Below the pieces are notes generated by a model that made no database searches, was not told the DNA's origin, and worked only from the letters and a program-made list of their open reading frames with translations. A program made the position numbers and the translations under genes. From positions 1 to 64,000 of IMG/VR virus record IMGVR_UViG_2617271079_000001: a stretch of DNA of 64,000 bases; one strand, 5' to 3'. This stretch comes from a virus. Lineage: Duplodnaviria; Caudoviricetes. Numbering within the stretch: position 1 is the first letter of the stretch; the number at the start of each line of letters is the position of its first letter. Positions 1-9,849 of this stretch are shown piece after piece.

Positions 1-639
1 TTAAAATGTCTTCAAAATGCATTGTCTGTTGTAATATGGGGTTGGCTGATATTGATAATAATATGGAGGATAATTGTAATGTGTTTGCCTTACTGGTGAA
101 TGTCTCTCTGGTTCTAGGCAGCCCGGGCCGATATATGTGCCTGGCTTTACTTTCTCTGTTGTATTGATCCATGCATTTTCATTCATGCAATAATTTTGAG
201 CCATGACGCTTGAGGGGGTAAGTTTTAAAATATCGGATCCAAGGACAACTTCTGGAACGGGAGAATTAAATATAGCCAGTAGGTGGGTATTGTCCTTCCT
301 TGCTTCTTCATAATGCCACCATCCTTGAGGTACATTCGCCACTTGTCCCGGCGAAATCCGGTAATTTAATATTTCTTTCGTAAATGGATTAAGTATGGAG
401 ACGATGGCTGCGCCGGAAATACAATAGACCAGTTCCGCAGCATTTTGGTGGTAATGTGGTTCTACAAAGTTATGTTTACTTAAATAGATATCAAGAAGAG
501 AAGTATTATCCAATGTATTTAGCTGATTTACTCCTAAAACATTGATCAGGTTTTGATTATCTTTTTTGAACAGGGGACTTTCATTCACATCAAAAGAGAA
601 TTGAGCTTCTGGTGAAGAATAATCCATATATTTCGTCAT
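1..639 (-). CDS. cupin-domain protein (host gene)
   Basis: Cupin motifs EPHYHQNAAELVYC and PQGWWHY; RBS-like GGTGA upstream; stop at 1-3. Confidence 0.8.
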   Translation of the reverse strand: MTKYMDYSSPEAQFSFDVNESPLFKKDNQNLINVLGVNQLNTLDNTSLLDIYLSKHNFVEPHYHQNAAELVYCISGAAIVSILNPFTKEILNYRISPGQVANVPQGWWHYEEARKDNTHLLAIFNSPVPEVVLGSDILKLTPSSVMAQNYCMNENAWINTTEKVKPGTYIGPGCLEPERHSPVRQTHYNYPPYYYQYQPTPYYNRQCILKTF

Positions 640-744
640 GGGAGGGTCACCACTTTCGAATGGCTGATTTTCTTATTTAATATATGGGTGGGCGATTGAA
701 GTGTGAATCGGAAGAGACTTAAAGTTAAAAAACTTTCAAAAAAA

Positions 745-771
745 GAAGGATTTTGCCAATTAATGTCGTAT
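745..771 (+). promoter_or_regulatory. possible sigmaH-like promoter upstream of comGA
   Basis: GAAGGATTT-N11-GTCGTAT versus consensus RNAGGAWWW-N11/12-RNNGAAT (1 mismatch). Confidence 0.3.
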
Positions 772-1433
772 ATTTACTTTAAGAAAACAGAAAGGTGGTG
801 CCAATCCATATTTCACTCAGTCGAATCGTTATCGGAAGTGATGATCGGAGAAGCGTTCAGCAATGATGCCACAGATGTTCATTTGATTCCCAGAACGAAA
901 GATTACTTGATTCAATTCAGAAAGCTCGGGGTACTGGCTCCATTCCAGACCATAGACCCGGATCAGGCAGATCGCTTGATTGCCCATCTGAAGTTCATGG
1001 CCTCCATGGATATCGGAGAAAAGCGTAAGCCCCAAAGCGGCTCCTTCAGCCTTACCGTAAGAAATACCCCCCTATCTCTCAGAATCTCCACTCTGCCAAC
1101 CACCCACTTGAAAGAAAGTCTCGTCATTCGGATACTCCCACAAAAATACCAGATTCCCATTGAAAAAATGTCACTATACCCGTCATCAGCTAAAAAACTT
1201 CTTGCACTTCTAATGCATTCCCACGGACTCATCCTGTTTACAGGACCAACCGGAAGTGGTAAAACGACGACTTTGTATTCCCTCGTACACCATTGTTCCG
1301 TCGCCCTGAACCGGAATGTGATCACCCTTGAGGATCCAGTAGAGAAGCAGCATGATGAAATGGTGCAGATCCAGGTGAATGAAAAAGCAGGGATTACGTA
1401 TTCAACGGGATTAAAAGCCATTTTGCGGCATGA

Positions 1434-1451
1434 TCCCGACATGATTATGGT
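1434..1451 (+). repeat. attL core
   Basis: TCCCGACATGATTATGGT matches 53888-53905 at 16/18, with an identical 9-bp TCCCGACAT. Confidence 0.9.
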
Positions 1452-1504
1452 ATTGAGCTAAACGCGGTTGACTTAAAGGGATTTGTGTTTCTGTTCTAGC
1501 TCAA

Positions 1505-1523
1505 TTGACCACATTTTGCCCAC
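1505..1523 (+). promoter_or_regulatory. integrase arm-type sites (left)
   Basis: TTGACCACA and TTGCCCAC; same TGACCAC motif occurs three times near attR. Confidence 0.6.
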
Positions 1524-2648
1524 TTAATTTTCATTTGCTTTTTTTGAGAATAATTCGGCCACGTTCCCTTGCATACTAAGAGATACATGGGAGTAGGTAT
1601 CAAGCGTTTCTTTTACGGATGCATGTCCAAGTCTGTCAGCGACCACTTTAGGATTAACACCCAGCTCCAACAAAAGAGTGGCATGAGTATGTCTAAGGTC
1701 GTGAAACCTTATCTTGGGTACTCCAGATCGTTCGATGAATGCTTTCATAGGTCTATTCAAACTAGAGGGTCTGAATACTTTTCCGTCTGGATGGCAAAAA
1801 ATAAGATCATCATCTTCATAAGCGGGACCCAACTTCATCTTCAAAATATTGTTTTTGTTAATTATCTGCTTTATAATGTTCATAGTAAACTCATCCAACG
1901 ATACTACACGACGACTAGAAGGTGTTTTCAAGTCCCCAACTTGGACGCCTTCTTCTTTTGTTTCACTTACGCTGGAAATGACATGTAGTATTTGCTTATC
2001 AAAATCGATTGCTGATTTCTTTAACCCCAACACTTCTCCTTTTCTCATACCGGTATAAGCAGCCACGTAAAAGACTGAATAATACCATTCATCATGCTTC
2101 TTAACAAAGCGGAGAAACTTTTGAAGTTCTTCAAATGACCACGTATTGAATTTACTCTTTTTATTTTTGATTACTTTTACATTTTTGAATGGATTTTTCT
2201 GTACGATTTCCAGATCCACAGCGTAATCCATAATCATTTTAATAATCGCATAGATCTTATGTGCGGTACTTGGGTTGTATTGGTCTAACAACTTCACGGC
2301 AAATGAATGGGCATGAGTAACCTTCACTTCCTGCACCTTCAATTCTCCAAGGAAAGGAACAATATTGTTTTTTAATTTTGTATGATATTGTTCGGCTGTC
2401 GTTGCCCTAAGGTTGTGTTTAATACTTTCAAACCATTCGTATGAAAAGTCTTTCATCAAAATAGAGGACGATTCAATCCATGTGCCTGTATTCATTTCAT
2501 GCTGGAAAGCACTTAAAGCAGCTTGCGCTTCTTTCTTAGTTAAAAATCCACCTTTGGTTTTCTGTTTTCTCTTACCAGTAGACGGATCTCTTCCAATATC
2601 AACGGTAAAACTCCACTTATTCCCTCTCTTGCGGATGTAGCCTTTCAT
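1524..2648 (-). CDS. int: tyrosine integrase
   Basis: N-terminal arm-binding region; TGMRKGE, HDLRHTHAT, LGHAS...TLDTYSH catalytic motifs. Confidence 0.96.
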   Translation of the reverse strand: MKGYIRKRGNKWSFTVDIGRDPSTGKRKQKTKGGFLTKKEAQAALSAFQHEMNTGTWIESSSILMKDFSYEWFESIKHNLRATTAEQYHTKLKNNIVPFLGELKVQEVKVTHAHSFAVKLLDQYNPSTAHKIYAIIKMIMDYAVDLEIVQKNPFKNVKVIKNKKSKFNTWSFEELQKFLRFVKKHDEWYYSVFYVAAYTGMRKGEVLGLKKSAIDFDKQILHVISSVSETKEEGVQVGDLKTPSSRRVVSLDEFTMNIIKQIINKNNILKMKLGPAYEDDDLIFCHPDGKVFRPSSLNRPMKAFIERSGVPKIRFHDLRHTHATLLLELGVNPKVVADRLGHASVKETLDTYSHVSLSMQGNVAELFSKKANEN

Positions 2649-2739
2649 CCTGATCAGCTCCTATTCCTACAAGAAGGTGTGTTTCTGTTTCAAAAATGAT
2701 TCCCTTTGGCAGCTCAGACAATTCGACCCTTACTTTCAT
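2617..2739 (-). CDS. unannotated 40-aa protein upstream of integrase
   Basis: RBS GGGAGGG; MKVRVELSELPKGIIFETETHLLVGIGADQDERLHPQERE*; overlaps int start. Confidence 0.6.
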   Translation of the reverse strand: MKVRVELSELPKGIIFETETHLLVGIGADQDERLHPQERE

Positions 2740-2766
2740 TTTACAAACCCTCCCAAGTATAAAAAG

Positions 2767-2780
2767 CGAACATATGTTTG
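2767..2780. promoter_or_regulatory. LexA (SOS/Cheo) box
   Basis: CGAACATATGTTTG fits the Firmicute CGAACRNRYGTTYG consensus. Confidence 0.8.
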
Positions 2781-2903
2781 TATTGTTGTTCTACTTAACT
2801 ATACCATTTCTCCCAGAGTGGGAAAGTCGCAAATTGTCAAAAAATAATTGTCTTTTTTCGACATTCTTATCGAATGTTGTCGAATAGAGACAATTAGTGA
2901 TAA

Positions 2904-3254
2904 TTATTCATCTTTTTTAGGGTCGAAAGAAGTTGCAATTCTGGCCCACTGCCTAACTTGTTCTGGTGTAATTCCATCTTTTTCAAGTTCTTCGCCAATA
3001 ATTAGCCACTTTAGTCCTTCTTTTTTTGCATCTTCAGGTGGTTCGATTTTATATTTATTAGAAAGCAAATCGCCTACATCTACATTTAAAACTGATGCAA
3101 TCTTATTGAGCATTTCCAATGAAGGATCTACTTTTTCGTTTTCCAATTTGGAGATAAACGATTTACTTACACCACCAACTTTAGTACCTAATTCTTCTTG
3201 GGTTAGATTTCTTAGAAGTCTATTTTGTTTTATCCTCTTCCCAAAACCTTCCAT
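2904..3254 (-). CDS. XRE-family CI-like repressor (no S24 autopeptidase domain)
   Basis: HTH LTQEELGTKVGGVSKSFISKLEN; divergent from cro. Confidence 0.85.
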   Translation of the reverse strand: MEGFGKRIKQNRLLRNLTQEELGTKVGGVSKSFISKLENEKVDPSLEMLNKIASVLNVDVGDLLSNKYKIEPPEDAKKEGLKWLIIGEELEKDGITPEQVRQWARIATSFDPKKDE

Positions 3255-3382
3255 AATTTACCACCTCACAACGACAAACTTTATTATCACTTCTCTATTA
3301 TGCTTTATTTTGCCTATAGTCATCAAGAATAAATAGCGTTAACTAAAGTGAACTAAAATTAATTAAAATTAATTATCATAAA

Positions 3383-3416
3383 CTAGTTGACTTATAATTC
3401 AACTAGCGTGTATAAT
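3383..3416 (+). promoter_or_regulatory. lytic sigmaA promoter overlapped by a 24-bp palindromic operator
   Basis: CTAGTTGACTTATAATTCAACTAG near-palindrome; TTGACT-N18-TATAAT. Confidence 0.75.
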
Positions 3417-3467
3417 CAAATCAAAGTTAACCAATAATGAAACAAAACAAGAAAGGGAGTTGATTAA

Positions 3468-3653
3468 TTGGTTAACAAAATTGCAGAACTAAGAGCGAAA
3501 ACTGGAATGTCACAAAAAGATTTGGCAAAAGAGTTAAAAATCTCACATTGGTACTTAAATAAAATTGAAAGGGGTAAAGTTGATCCGGGCGTTAAACTAG
3601 CGGTTAGAATTGCAAGAGCGCTAGATACAACATTGAACGATTTATTTTTTTAA
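3468..3653 (+). CDS. Cro-like XRE regulator
   Basis: 61-aa HTH, MSQKDLAKELKISHWYLNKIERG. Confidence 0.85.
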   Translation: MVNKIAELRAKTGMSQKDLAKELKISHWYLNKIERGKVDPGVKLAVRIARALDTTLNDLFF

Positions 3654-3656
3654 CAC

Positions 3657-3680
3657 TAAGTTGAATTATAGTTCAACTAG
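3657..3680. promoter_or_regulatory. second copy of the operator palindrome
   Basis: TAAGTTGAATTATAGTTCAACTAG, close match to 3383-3406. Confidence 0.7.
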
Positions 3681-3693
3681 AAAGGGGCTAATT

Positions 3694-3882
3694 ATGAAAC
3701 AAAATGATTATCCTTTACTGCTTACTGTAAAAGAAATTTCCGAAATTCTGGGATGTAGTGAACGAGTTGCTTATGAAGTTATGGAAGAAAAGGGTTTTCC
3801 GTTGATCAGAATTCGTAGATACAAACGTGCAAATCGTGAAGATTTCTTCGAGTGGTTAGACAATCGCAAGGAAGTAATTTAA
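3694..3882 (+). CDS. excisionase-like HTH_17 protein
   Basis: YPLLLTVKEISEILG...GFPLIRI; position after cro. Confidence 0.75.
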   Translation: MKQNDYPLLLTVKEISEILGCSERVAYEVMEEKGFPLIRIRRYKRANREDFFEWLDNRKEVI

Positions 3883-3899
3883 TAAGGGAGGGTTTATGA

Positions 3900-4160
3900 A
3901 TGAACAAGGAAAAGTTCCTGGAGCTTATGTCTAAGGCGTATGACGAAAAGGCTAATATTCGTCTTCACTTCATTTATTTAAAGAACAATATTGATGAAGA
4001 TTTATTAGATGAAATTCAATCTCTTTCCATTGAATCTGGTGGAAACAGCATTGAGGAACAATCAAGCGAGAAATTTAATCGGGTTGTCATTTCAAATGAC
4101 GAATATAAATTTAGCGTAAGTATTTCTTCTGAAATTGAGCAAATAAGTAAGGTTGTTTGA
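3900..4160 (+). CDS. hypothetical phage protein
   Basis: ORF with RBS GGGAGG. Confidence 0.6.
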   Translation: MNKEKFLELMSKAYDEKANIRLHFIYLKNNIDEDLLDEIQSLSIESGGNSIEEQSSEKFNRVVISNDEYKFSVSISSEIEQISKVV

Positions 4161-4262
4161 TCACATATCGATGATTTTGAGCTCTAAGTAGCTCACTTCT
4201 TTTTAAAACTCACGCAGAAATTGATGATTAAAATTAGGAATAATTTTGAAAGGGGATTTCAA

Positions 4263-4358
4263 ATGGATGGCTTACAAGTTTTAGGTCTACTCTCAATGTT
4301 CTCCTTGATGTCACTTGTTATTGGTCTAATGATCGGTGGAAGGGTTTGGGAAGATTAA
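4263..4358 (+). CDS. 31-aa hydrophobic peptide
   Basis: RBS AAGGGG; MDGLQVLGLLSMFSLMSLVIGLMIGGRVWED. Confidence 0.45.
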   Translation: MDGLQVLGLLSMFSLMSLVIGLMIGGRVWED

Positions 4359-4644
4359 AGCCACCTAGAAATTTGAAGGGAGGGATACCAGTGCAATATC
4401 TGCTTTCAGTAAGCAAAATGATGAAGGCTGGGGAAGTTAAGCAAGCTTGTGAAGAAAACAAAAGCAACTTAGCTCATATTGTTTCTCTTGAGTTCCAAAT
4501 CAAGGAAGAGTTAAAAAGCAAATTCATCATTACAAAGTAAAAGCCCTGTGCTGGCACACAGAGCTAACAAATAAGGGTTTTCTTAAAACACCTACTTACA
4601 TTGTATGAGAAAACCCCTCATTTAATCAATAGGAGGGAAATATT

Positions 4645-6633
4645 TTGAAAAAAACGATTACACTTCAAAGTTTAGTTTTAAAAAACTTCAAGGGAGTTAC
4701 CGAATTTGAATTAGCAGCTGATGGTCGCAACATGAAGGTTCTTGGTGAAAATGCGACTGGGAAAACCACATTAAAGGATTCATTTGTTTGGGTGTTATTT
4801 GACAAAGATTCCCAAAATAACTCGAAGTTCCAAATTAAAACTCTTCGACCAGATGGAGAAGTGATCCATGGTAAAGAGCATAGCGTTGAAGCTACGTTCA
4901 AAGAAGATGGCCAGCCATTTACCCTTAAGAAAGTTTACGCTGAAAAGTGGACTAAGAAGCGCGGATCTGCTGAAAGTAAATTCACTGGACACACCACGGA
5001 TTATTATATCGACGAGGTTCCAGTAAAGAAGAAAGAATACGAGGAAAAAGTTAACTCGATTGTTTCTGAAGACCTGTTTAAATTGATTACATCTCCAACA
5101 TTCTTTAATGAACAGATGTCCTGGCAGGACCGTAGAAAGACCCTTCTTGAAATCGTAGGAGATTTATCAGATGAGGAAGTAATTGCTTCAAATAGAGAAT
5201 TACAAACTCTTCCTGAAATATTAAAAGGAAGAACGATTGAGAACCATCGAAAAGTGATTGCCTCCAGAAGGGCGGAAATCAACAAAGAATTAGATCGTAT
5301 TCCAGTGAGAATCGATGAGGCAGAGCGTTCGATGCCAAATTTAGATGGTTTTAGACGGGATCAGTTGGAATTAAAAATTGAAGGTTTAAACAAATCCATT
5401 GACGAGAAGCAAACTCAAATTAGCGATATCAGAAACGGTAAAGCAATTGGCGACAAGAAGATGGAGATCCAGAACATCGAAATGGCCATCATGGATATCA
5501 AGCGCAATCACGATGGATCAGCGAAGGACAAGGTTTATCAGTTGAAGGCAAAGATTCAAGAAGAAGGTTCCAATATCCATATTCTCGAATCGAAGATCGG
5601 TAGCCTAAATACTCATAAAGAATCGAATATCTTCAGAGCAAAAGAACTCAATGAAGATCGAGATCAGCTGCTCGCAGAATATAAAAACATCAACGCTCAG
5701 GAATTTTCTCATACAGATGAATGCACATGTCCTTCTTGTGGCCAGGACCTACCTGAGGAGCAGGTAAATGATGCGAGGGAAAAGGCGGAAGCTGCTTTCA
5801 ATTTAAAAAAGTCAGATCAGCTTGAAAAGAATAAGTCGAAGGGTCTGGCAATCAGAGACAAACTGAATGAGCTTAAAGAATCAAATCAAAAGCATGATGA
5901 AGAAATTGCAAAGTTATCTGATCAAATCAAAGAGAAAAAAGAAGTGCTGGCAAAGCTAAATGATCAATTGATTGAATCTGAATTGGCTGTTGTGGACATT
6001 ACAGATAATCCTGATTACATTGCCAAACTTGAAGAAAAGAAAGTCAAGGAAGAAGAAATCAGAAGCATTCAAGGATCAGTTGAGGACTCAGTGCAAAAGG
6101 TTCAGCTTGAAATTGCTGAATTGAAACAAAATAGAGACCAAGCCCAACAACAACTAAGTCGCTTTGAATCAGCAAAGCAAATCGAAATTCGCATTCAGGA
6201 GCTTTCTGACCAGGAGCGAGAACTAGCGAGAGAGTTTGAAAAGCTTGAACAGGAATTATATCTGACAGAAGAGTTCATCCGGTCTAAAGTAAATCTCTTG
6301 GAAGAAAAAATCAATTCAAAGTTCAAGTTTGCTCGATTCAAATTGTTCGAGCAACAAATAAATGACGGTTTGAAAGAAACATGCCAGACGACGTTCGAAG
6401 GAGTGCCATACAGCGATCTGAACAACGCGGCTAAGATAAACATCGGTCTGGATATTATAAACACCCTGAGCGACCACTACGGCATTTCAGCACCTGTTTG
6501 GATTGATAACGCTGAAGCAGTAACAAAGCTGATGAATATTGATAGCCAGTTAATTTGTCTGGTGGTATCTGAAAGTGACAAAAACCTTAATGTTGTTTAT
6601 GAAAATGAATTAACTCGTGAAGAAGCGATCTAA
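4645..6633 (+). CDS. Rad50/SbcC-like coiled-coil ATPase
   Basis: Walker A GENATGKTT, long coiled coil, zinc hook CPSCGQ, Walker B-like VWIDNAE. Confidence 0.85.
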   Translation: MKKTITLQSLVLKNFKGVTEFELAADGRNMKVLGENATGKTTLKDSFVWVLFDKDSQNNSKFQIKTLRPDGEVIHGKEHSVEATFKEDGQPFTLKKVYAEKWTKKRGSAESKFTGHTTDYYIDEVPVKKKEYEEKVNSIVSEDLFKLITSPTFFNEQMSWQDRRKTLLEIVGDLSDEEVIASNRELQTLPEILKGRTIENHRKVIASRRAEINKELDRIPVRIDEAERSMPNLDGFRRDQLELKIEGLNKSIDEKQTQISDIRNGKAIGDKKMEIQNIEMAIMDIKRNHDGSAKDKVYQLKAKIQEEGSNIHILESKIGSLNTHKESNIFRAKELNEDRDQLLAEYKNINAQEFSHTDECTCPSCGQDLPEEQVNDAREKAEAAFNLKKSDQLEKNKSKGLAIRDKLNELKESNQKHDEEIAKLSDQIKEKKEVLAKLNDQLIESELAVVDITDNPDYIAKLEEKKVKEEEIRSIQGSVEDSVQKVQLEIAELKQNRDQAQQQLSRFESAKQIEIRIQELSDQERELAREFEKLEQELYLTEEFIRSKVNLLEEKINSKFKFARFKLFEQQINDGLKETCQTTFEGVPYSDLNNAAKINIGLDIINTLSDHYGISAPVWIDNAEAVTKLMNIDSQLICLVVSESDKNLNVVYENELTREEAI

Positions 6634-6887
6634 TGATCACCATCACCAAGACAGTCACAACAAAGTATAAAGTCTCAACTGTATCAAGAAACTTTCTCGT
6701 CTTGAATGAAAACAATCGTAAAACCCGCCCAGGGGCATTCGGAGCGTTCAAGTGCTTCATATGTGATCAGTCCCTGGGGACCGGGGATCGCTTAGAAATT
6801 ATCGAAACGGATAAGGGTCAAAAGGTCGTCTGTAAGCAATGTGCTAAGGATATTGAAAAGAAATTAGAGGAGGGAAACGATGAGTAA
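6633..6887 (+). CDS. small Zn-finger protein
   Basis: CFIC...CKQC; translationally coupled. Confidence 0.6.
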   Translation: MITITKTVTTKYKVSTVSRNFLVLNENNRKTRPGAFGAFKCFICDQSLGTGDRLEIIETDKGQKVVCKQCAKDIEKKLEEGNDE

Positions 6888-7809
6888 TAAGAATAATCAA
6901 TTAGCAATGGTCAAGAAAGATACCGTGGATGTAGTCGCTGAAAAGGTAAAACAGTTTCAAGAGAGTGGGGAGCTCCACTTCCCAGCATCTTATTCACCAG
7001 AGAATGCAATGAAATCGGCCTGGTTGATTCTACAGAATGCGAAGGATAAAGATAAACGCCCTGTGTTAGATGTCTGCACGAAAGATTCAATCGCAAATAG
7101 CCTTTTAGAAATGGTAGTACAAGGGTTAAACCCTATGAAAAAGCAAGGGTACTTCATTGCATACGGAAACCAGTTAACCTTCCAGCGATCTTACTTTGGG
7201 ACCATGGCAGTCACTAAATTGGTAACTGGAGCAAAAGATATCGATGCAGCTGTCATTTATGACGGTGATGAGGTCGATTACGAAATGAAGAACGGTCGGA
7301 TCGTCAACCTAACTCACAAACAGAAGTTCCAAAATATTGATAAGGAAAAGATTTTAGGTGCATATGCAACAATCGTTTTCTCGAATGATCGAGTTTACCA
7401 TGAATTGATGACGATTGATGAGATCCGCAAGGCATGGAGCAAAGCTCAGTTCTGGGCAAAGGACAGAAAAGTCGAGAAGGAAGGTAGCACCCACGATGAG
7501 TTCAAGCAGGAAATGGCCAAGAAAACCGTCATCAATCGTGCTTGTAAGAAATTCTTAAATTCAAGTAATGATGCCAGCCTTACTCTTGATTACTTCAATC
7601 GATCAGATGAATCAAACGATGAGGCACAGTTAAAGGCTGAGATTCAACAGAATGCCAATCAGGATGTTATCGATGTGGAATATGAGCTTCAAGAAAATGA
7701 ACAGCAACCAGACGCACCTGATAAGCCTCAGACAGAAGTAATTGATCATCAAGAAGAACCCCCTCAAAGCGATCCGGAATTTAATCATTCAGAAGCTGAT
7801 CCGTACTGA
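6880..7809 (+). CDS. recT: RecT-family recombinase
   Basis: QGLNPMKKQGYFIAYG, EMAKKTVINRACK, acidic tail. Confidence 0.9.
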   Translation: MSNKNNQLAMVKKDTVDVVAEKVKQFQESGELHFPASYSPENAMKSAWLILQNAKDKDKRPVLDVCTKDSIANSLLEMVVQGLNPMKKQGYFIAYGNQLTFQRSYFGTMAVTKLVTGAKDIDAAVIYDGDEVDYEMKNGRIVNLTHKQKFQNIDKEKILGAYATIVFSNDRVYHELMTIDEIRKAWSKAQFWAKDRKVEKEGSTHDEFKQEMAKKTVINRACKKFLNSSNDASLTLDYFNRSDESNDEAQLKAEIQQNANQDVIDVEYELQENEQQPDAPDKPQTEVIDHQEEPPQSDPEFNHSEADPY

Positions 7810-8507
7810 TGGAAATAAAGGCTCTGGCATCTAGCAGTAAGGGGAACTGCTACCTGGTTTGTGATGGCAGCACCTCCCTGATGCTTGAATGTGGCATTCG
7901 CTATTCAGACATACAGAGAGGTCTTAACTTTCGGGTCAGCCAAGTAGAAGGATGCCTAATCACACATGAGCATGGAGATCACGGCAAGGCGGTCAAGGAT
8001 GTGATGAAGGCAGGAATCAACGTTTACACATCTAAAGGGACTGCAGAAGCCCTGGGGGTGTCCGGGCACCGGGTGAAGACCATCGAAGCAAGACAGTCTT
8101 TCACTATCGGGACCTGGACCGTGCTTCCCTTCGAGACAGAGCATGATGCCGCCGAATCACTGGGGTTTCTGTTGGTAAATAAGCAAGGGGAAAAGCTTTT
8201 ATTCGCTACAGACACTTACTACATTAAGCACCGGTTCAATGGACTCACTCACATCATGGTGGAAGCAAACTACTCCATGGACATCTTGAAAGAGAATATA
8301 GAGGCCGGTCGGGTCCCTGCAGTCATGAAAAAGCGTTTGATGAGATCGCATTTCAGCCTGGAGAACGTAAAAGAATTCTTGAAAGCTAATGATCTCAGCA
8401 AAGTTGAGGAAATATGGTTGCTTCACCTTTCGGATTCCAATTCAGATGAGCAACGGTTCAAGCAAGAGATCCAGCAGTTAACAGGAAAAATCGTCATAGT
8501 ACCATAA
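7809..8507 (+). CDS. metallo-beta-lactamase-fold hydrolase (probable exonuclease)
   Basis: SSSKGNCY, THEHGDH, HLSD motifs. Confidence 0.9.
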   Translation: MEIKALASSSKGNCYLVCDGSTSLMLECGIRYSDIQRGLNFRVSQVEGCLITHEHGDHGKAVKDVMKAGINVYTSKGTAEALGVSGHRVKTIEARQSFTIGTWTVLPFETEHDAAESLGFLLVNKQGEKLLFATDTYYIKHRFNGLTHIMVEANYSMDILKENIEAGRVPAVMKKRLMRSHFSLENVKEFLKANDLSKVEEIWLLHLSDSNSDEQRFKQEIQQLTGKIVIVP

Positions 8508-8544
8508 ATACTAAAATTTCTAATATCGAGAGGAGAAACAAATT

Positions 8545-8808
8545 ATGAAAGGCACTGGAATGGTAAGAAAAGTAGATGAACTTGGTCGTGTGGTTATTCC
8601 AATTGAATTACGTCGCAATCTTGGTATCGCTGAGAGGGATCCTGTTGAGATCTTCATCGAAGGGGACCAAATCATCCTTAAGAAGTTTAAATTAAGCCAT
8701 GAAGTTGAATCCGCGGTTAACTATTTGGAGATGCAGCTAAAAGATGCGACAAGTGATGAGGATAAGGAAGCCATCACAAACGCATTGTCTCTAGTCAGAC
8801 ACGGTTAA
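8545..8808 (+). CDS. AbrB-family transition-state regulator
   Basis: MKGTGMVRKVDELGRVVIPIELRR, the AbrB N-terminal signature. Confidence 0.92.
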   Translation: MKGTGMVRKVDELGRVVIPIELRRNLGIAERDPVEIFIEGDQIILKKFKLSHEVESAVNYLEMQLKDATSDEDKEAITNALSLVRHG

Positions 8809-8876
8809 TAGTTTCGTAATGTCATAGGGGGAAGTGAAGGCTTCTCCCTTTTATCACTATCCTGGGAGGGGAGAAA

Positions 8877-9113
8877 GTGAATATGAATTTTGAAAATAAA
8901 CCAGAAGCAGTCGAAGGGAAGCCAAGTAAAGTAAAAACATACCAAGATCAATCGAATGCTTTCTTACTGGCCAAACTCAGTGAAACAAGAGCAACATTGG
9001 ACATGCTTAAAGGTGATTATGTGAAATCTGAAACATCGAGGGTCCTTTGGAAGCTGACAGCTTTCATCGTAACAGCAATCTTAATAGGCAGATGGTTAGG
9101 TGGTACGTTATGA
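8877..9113 (+). CDS. hypothetical protein with C-terminal TM helix
   Basis: RBS GGGAGG; hydrophobic C-terminus. Confidence 0.55.
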   Translation: MNMNFENKPEAVEGKPSKVKTYQDQSNAFLLAKLSETRATLDMLKGDYVKSETSRVLWKLTAFIVTAILIGRWLGGTL

Positions 9114-9334
9114 CAGCTTATGAAAAGAAACCAACTATTTTCCATTGTGATAACTGCGATTCCATTGGCCATGTTGAAAGGCAGCATGGAAAGTACATTC
9201 ATATGATTTGTCCTAACTGCGATAAGAAGTGGAGAACGCACTCGGAGCTTTGTTCTACCTGTAATAAACCAAATGGATTCGCATTCCCGGGGATCTGCGG
9301 ACCGTGCTACAGCGAAAGGCAGGAACTTCTATGA
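9110..9334 (+). CDS. Cys-rich zinc-finger protein
   Basis: Four CxxC pairs; ATGA overlap with upstream gene. Confidence 0.55.
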   Translation: MTAYEKKPTIFHCDNCDSIGHVERQHGKYIHMICPNCDKKWRTHSELCSTCNKPNGFAFPGICGPCYSERQELL

Positions 9335-9607
9335 GTCTATTAGATCGATTGGTTTGCAAAATAAAGGGCAAACACCAGACGGTTTACTTCTGTAGATACT
9401 GTATCAGGTGCGGAGAACCAATTAGAACCAGGAGGGATGACCAGTGAACTTCGATGTTTATAACTGTGAGGAATGCATTCGAGCATTTTGTACTGAAAAA
9501 GATGAAGATCCCCAGGTATGCCCCTATTGTGAAAGTGATTTATGGGAATTCAGTCATTCAATCCAAGCATCGTCATAATGTCCATGTGATGAAGTCATAA
9601 AGAAAGG

Positions 9608-9847
9608 ATGATTAAAATGAGAAACACACTTGGGGACCTGAATAATCATTTGTTTGCACAGCTGGAGCGCCTGAGTGACGAAGAAATCACCGGTAAAAAA
9701 TTGCAAGAGGAAATCGACAGAGCGCGTTCGATTTCCGGAGTGGCTTCCAGAATCATCGATACCGGTAACCTAGTCTTGAGTGCAAAACGATTGCAAAACG
9801 ACCAACTGAATCCGGATGTTAAAATCCCTAAAATGTTGGAGGGGTAA
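9608..9847 (+). CDS. conserved phage protein preceding HNH gene
   Basis: RNTLGDLNNHLFAQLERL pattern; adjacent to HNH gene. Confidence 0.65.
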   Translation: MIKMRNTLGDLNNHLFAQLERLSDEEITGKKLQEEIDRARSISGVASRIIDTGNLVLSAKRLQNDQLNPDVKIPKMLEG

Positions 9848-9849
9848 TC

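Larger units (their letters stand above)
703..1461 (+). pseudogene. comGA: comGA 5' fragment (competence pilus ATPase), split by prophage; true start probably near 808-811
   Basis: GspE/PilB-type motifs DVHLIP, GPTGSGKTT, TLEDPVE, LKAILRHDPD; frame ends just after the att core, before the GEIRD motif. Confidence 0.92.

Noticed and set aside
1524-4200. Arbitrium (aimR/aimP) communication system
   Set aside because: No TPR receptor or secreted pro-peptide gene near the immunity region
4645-8507. Rad50-like ATPase + RecT + MBL nuclease as a novel defence system
   Set aside because: A common recombination module in Firmicute siphoviruses, in its usual early-region position
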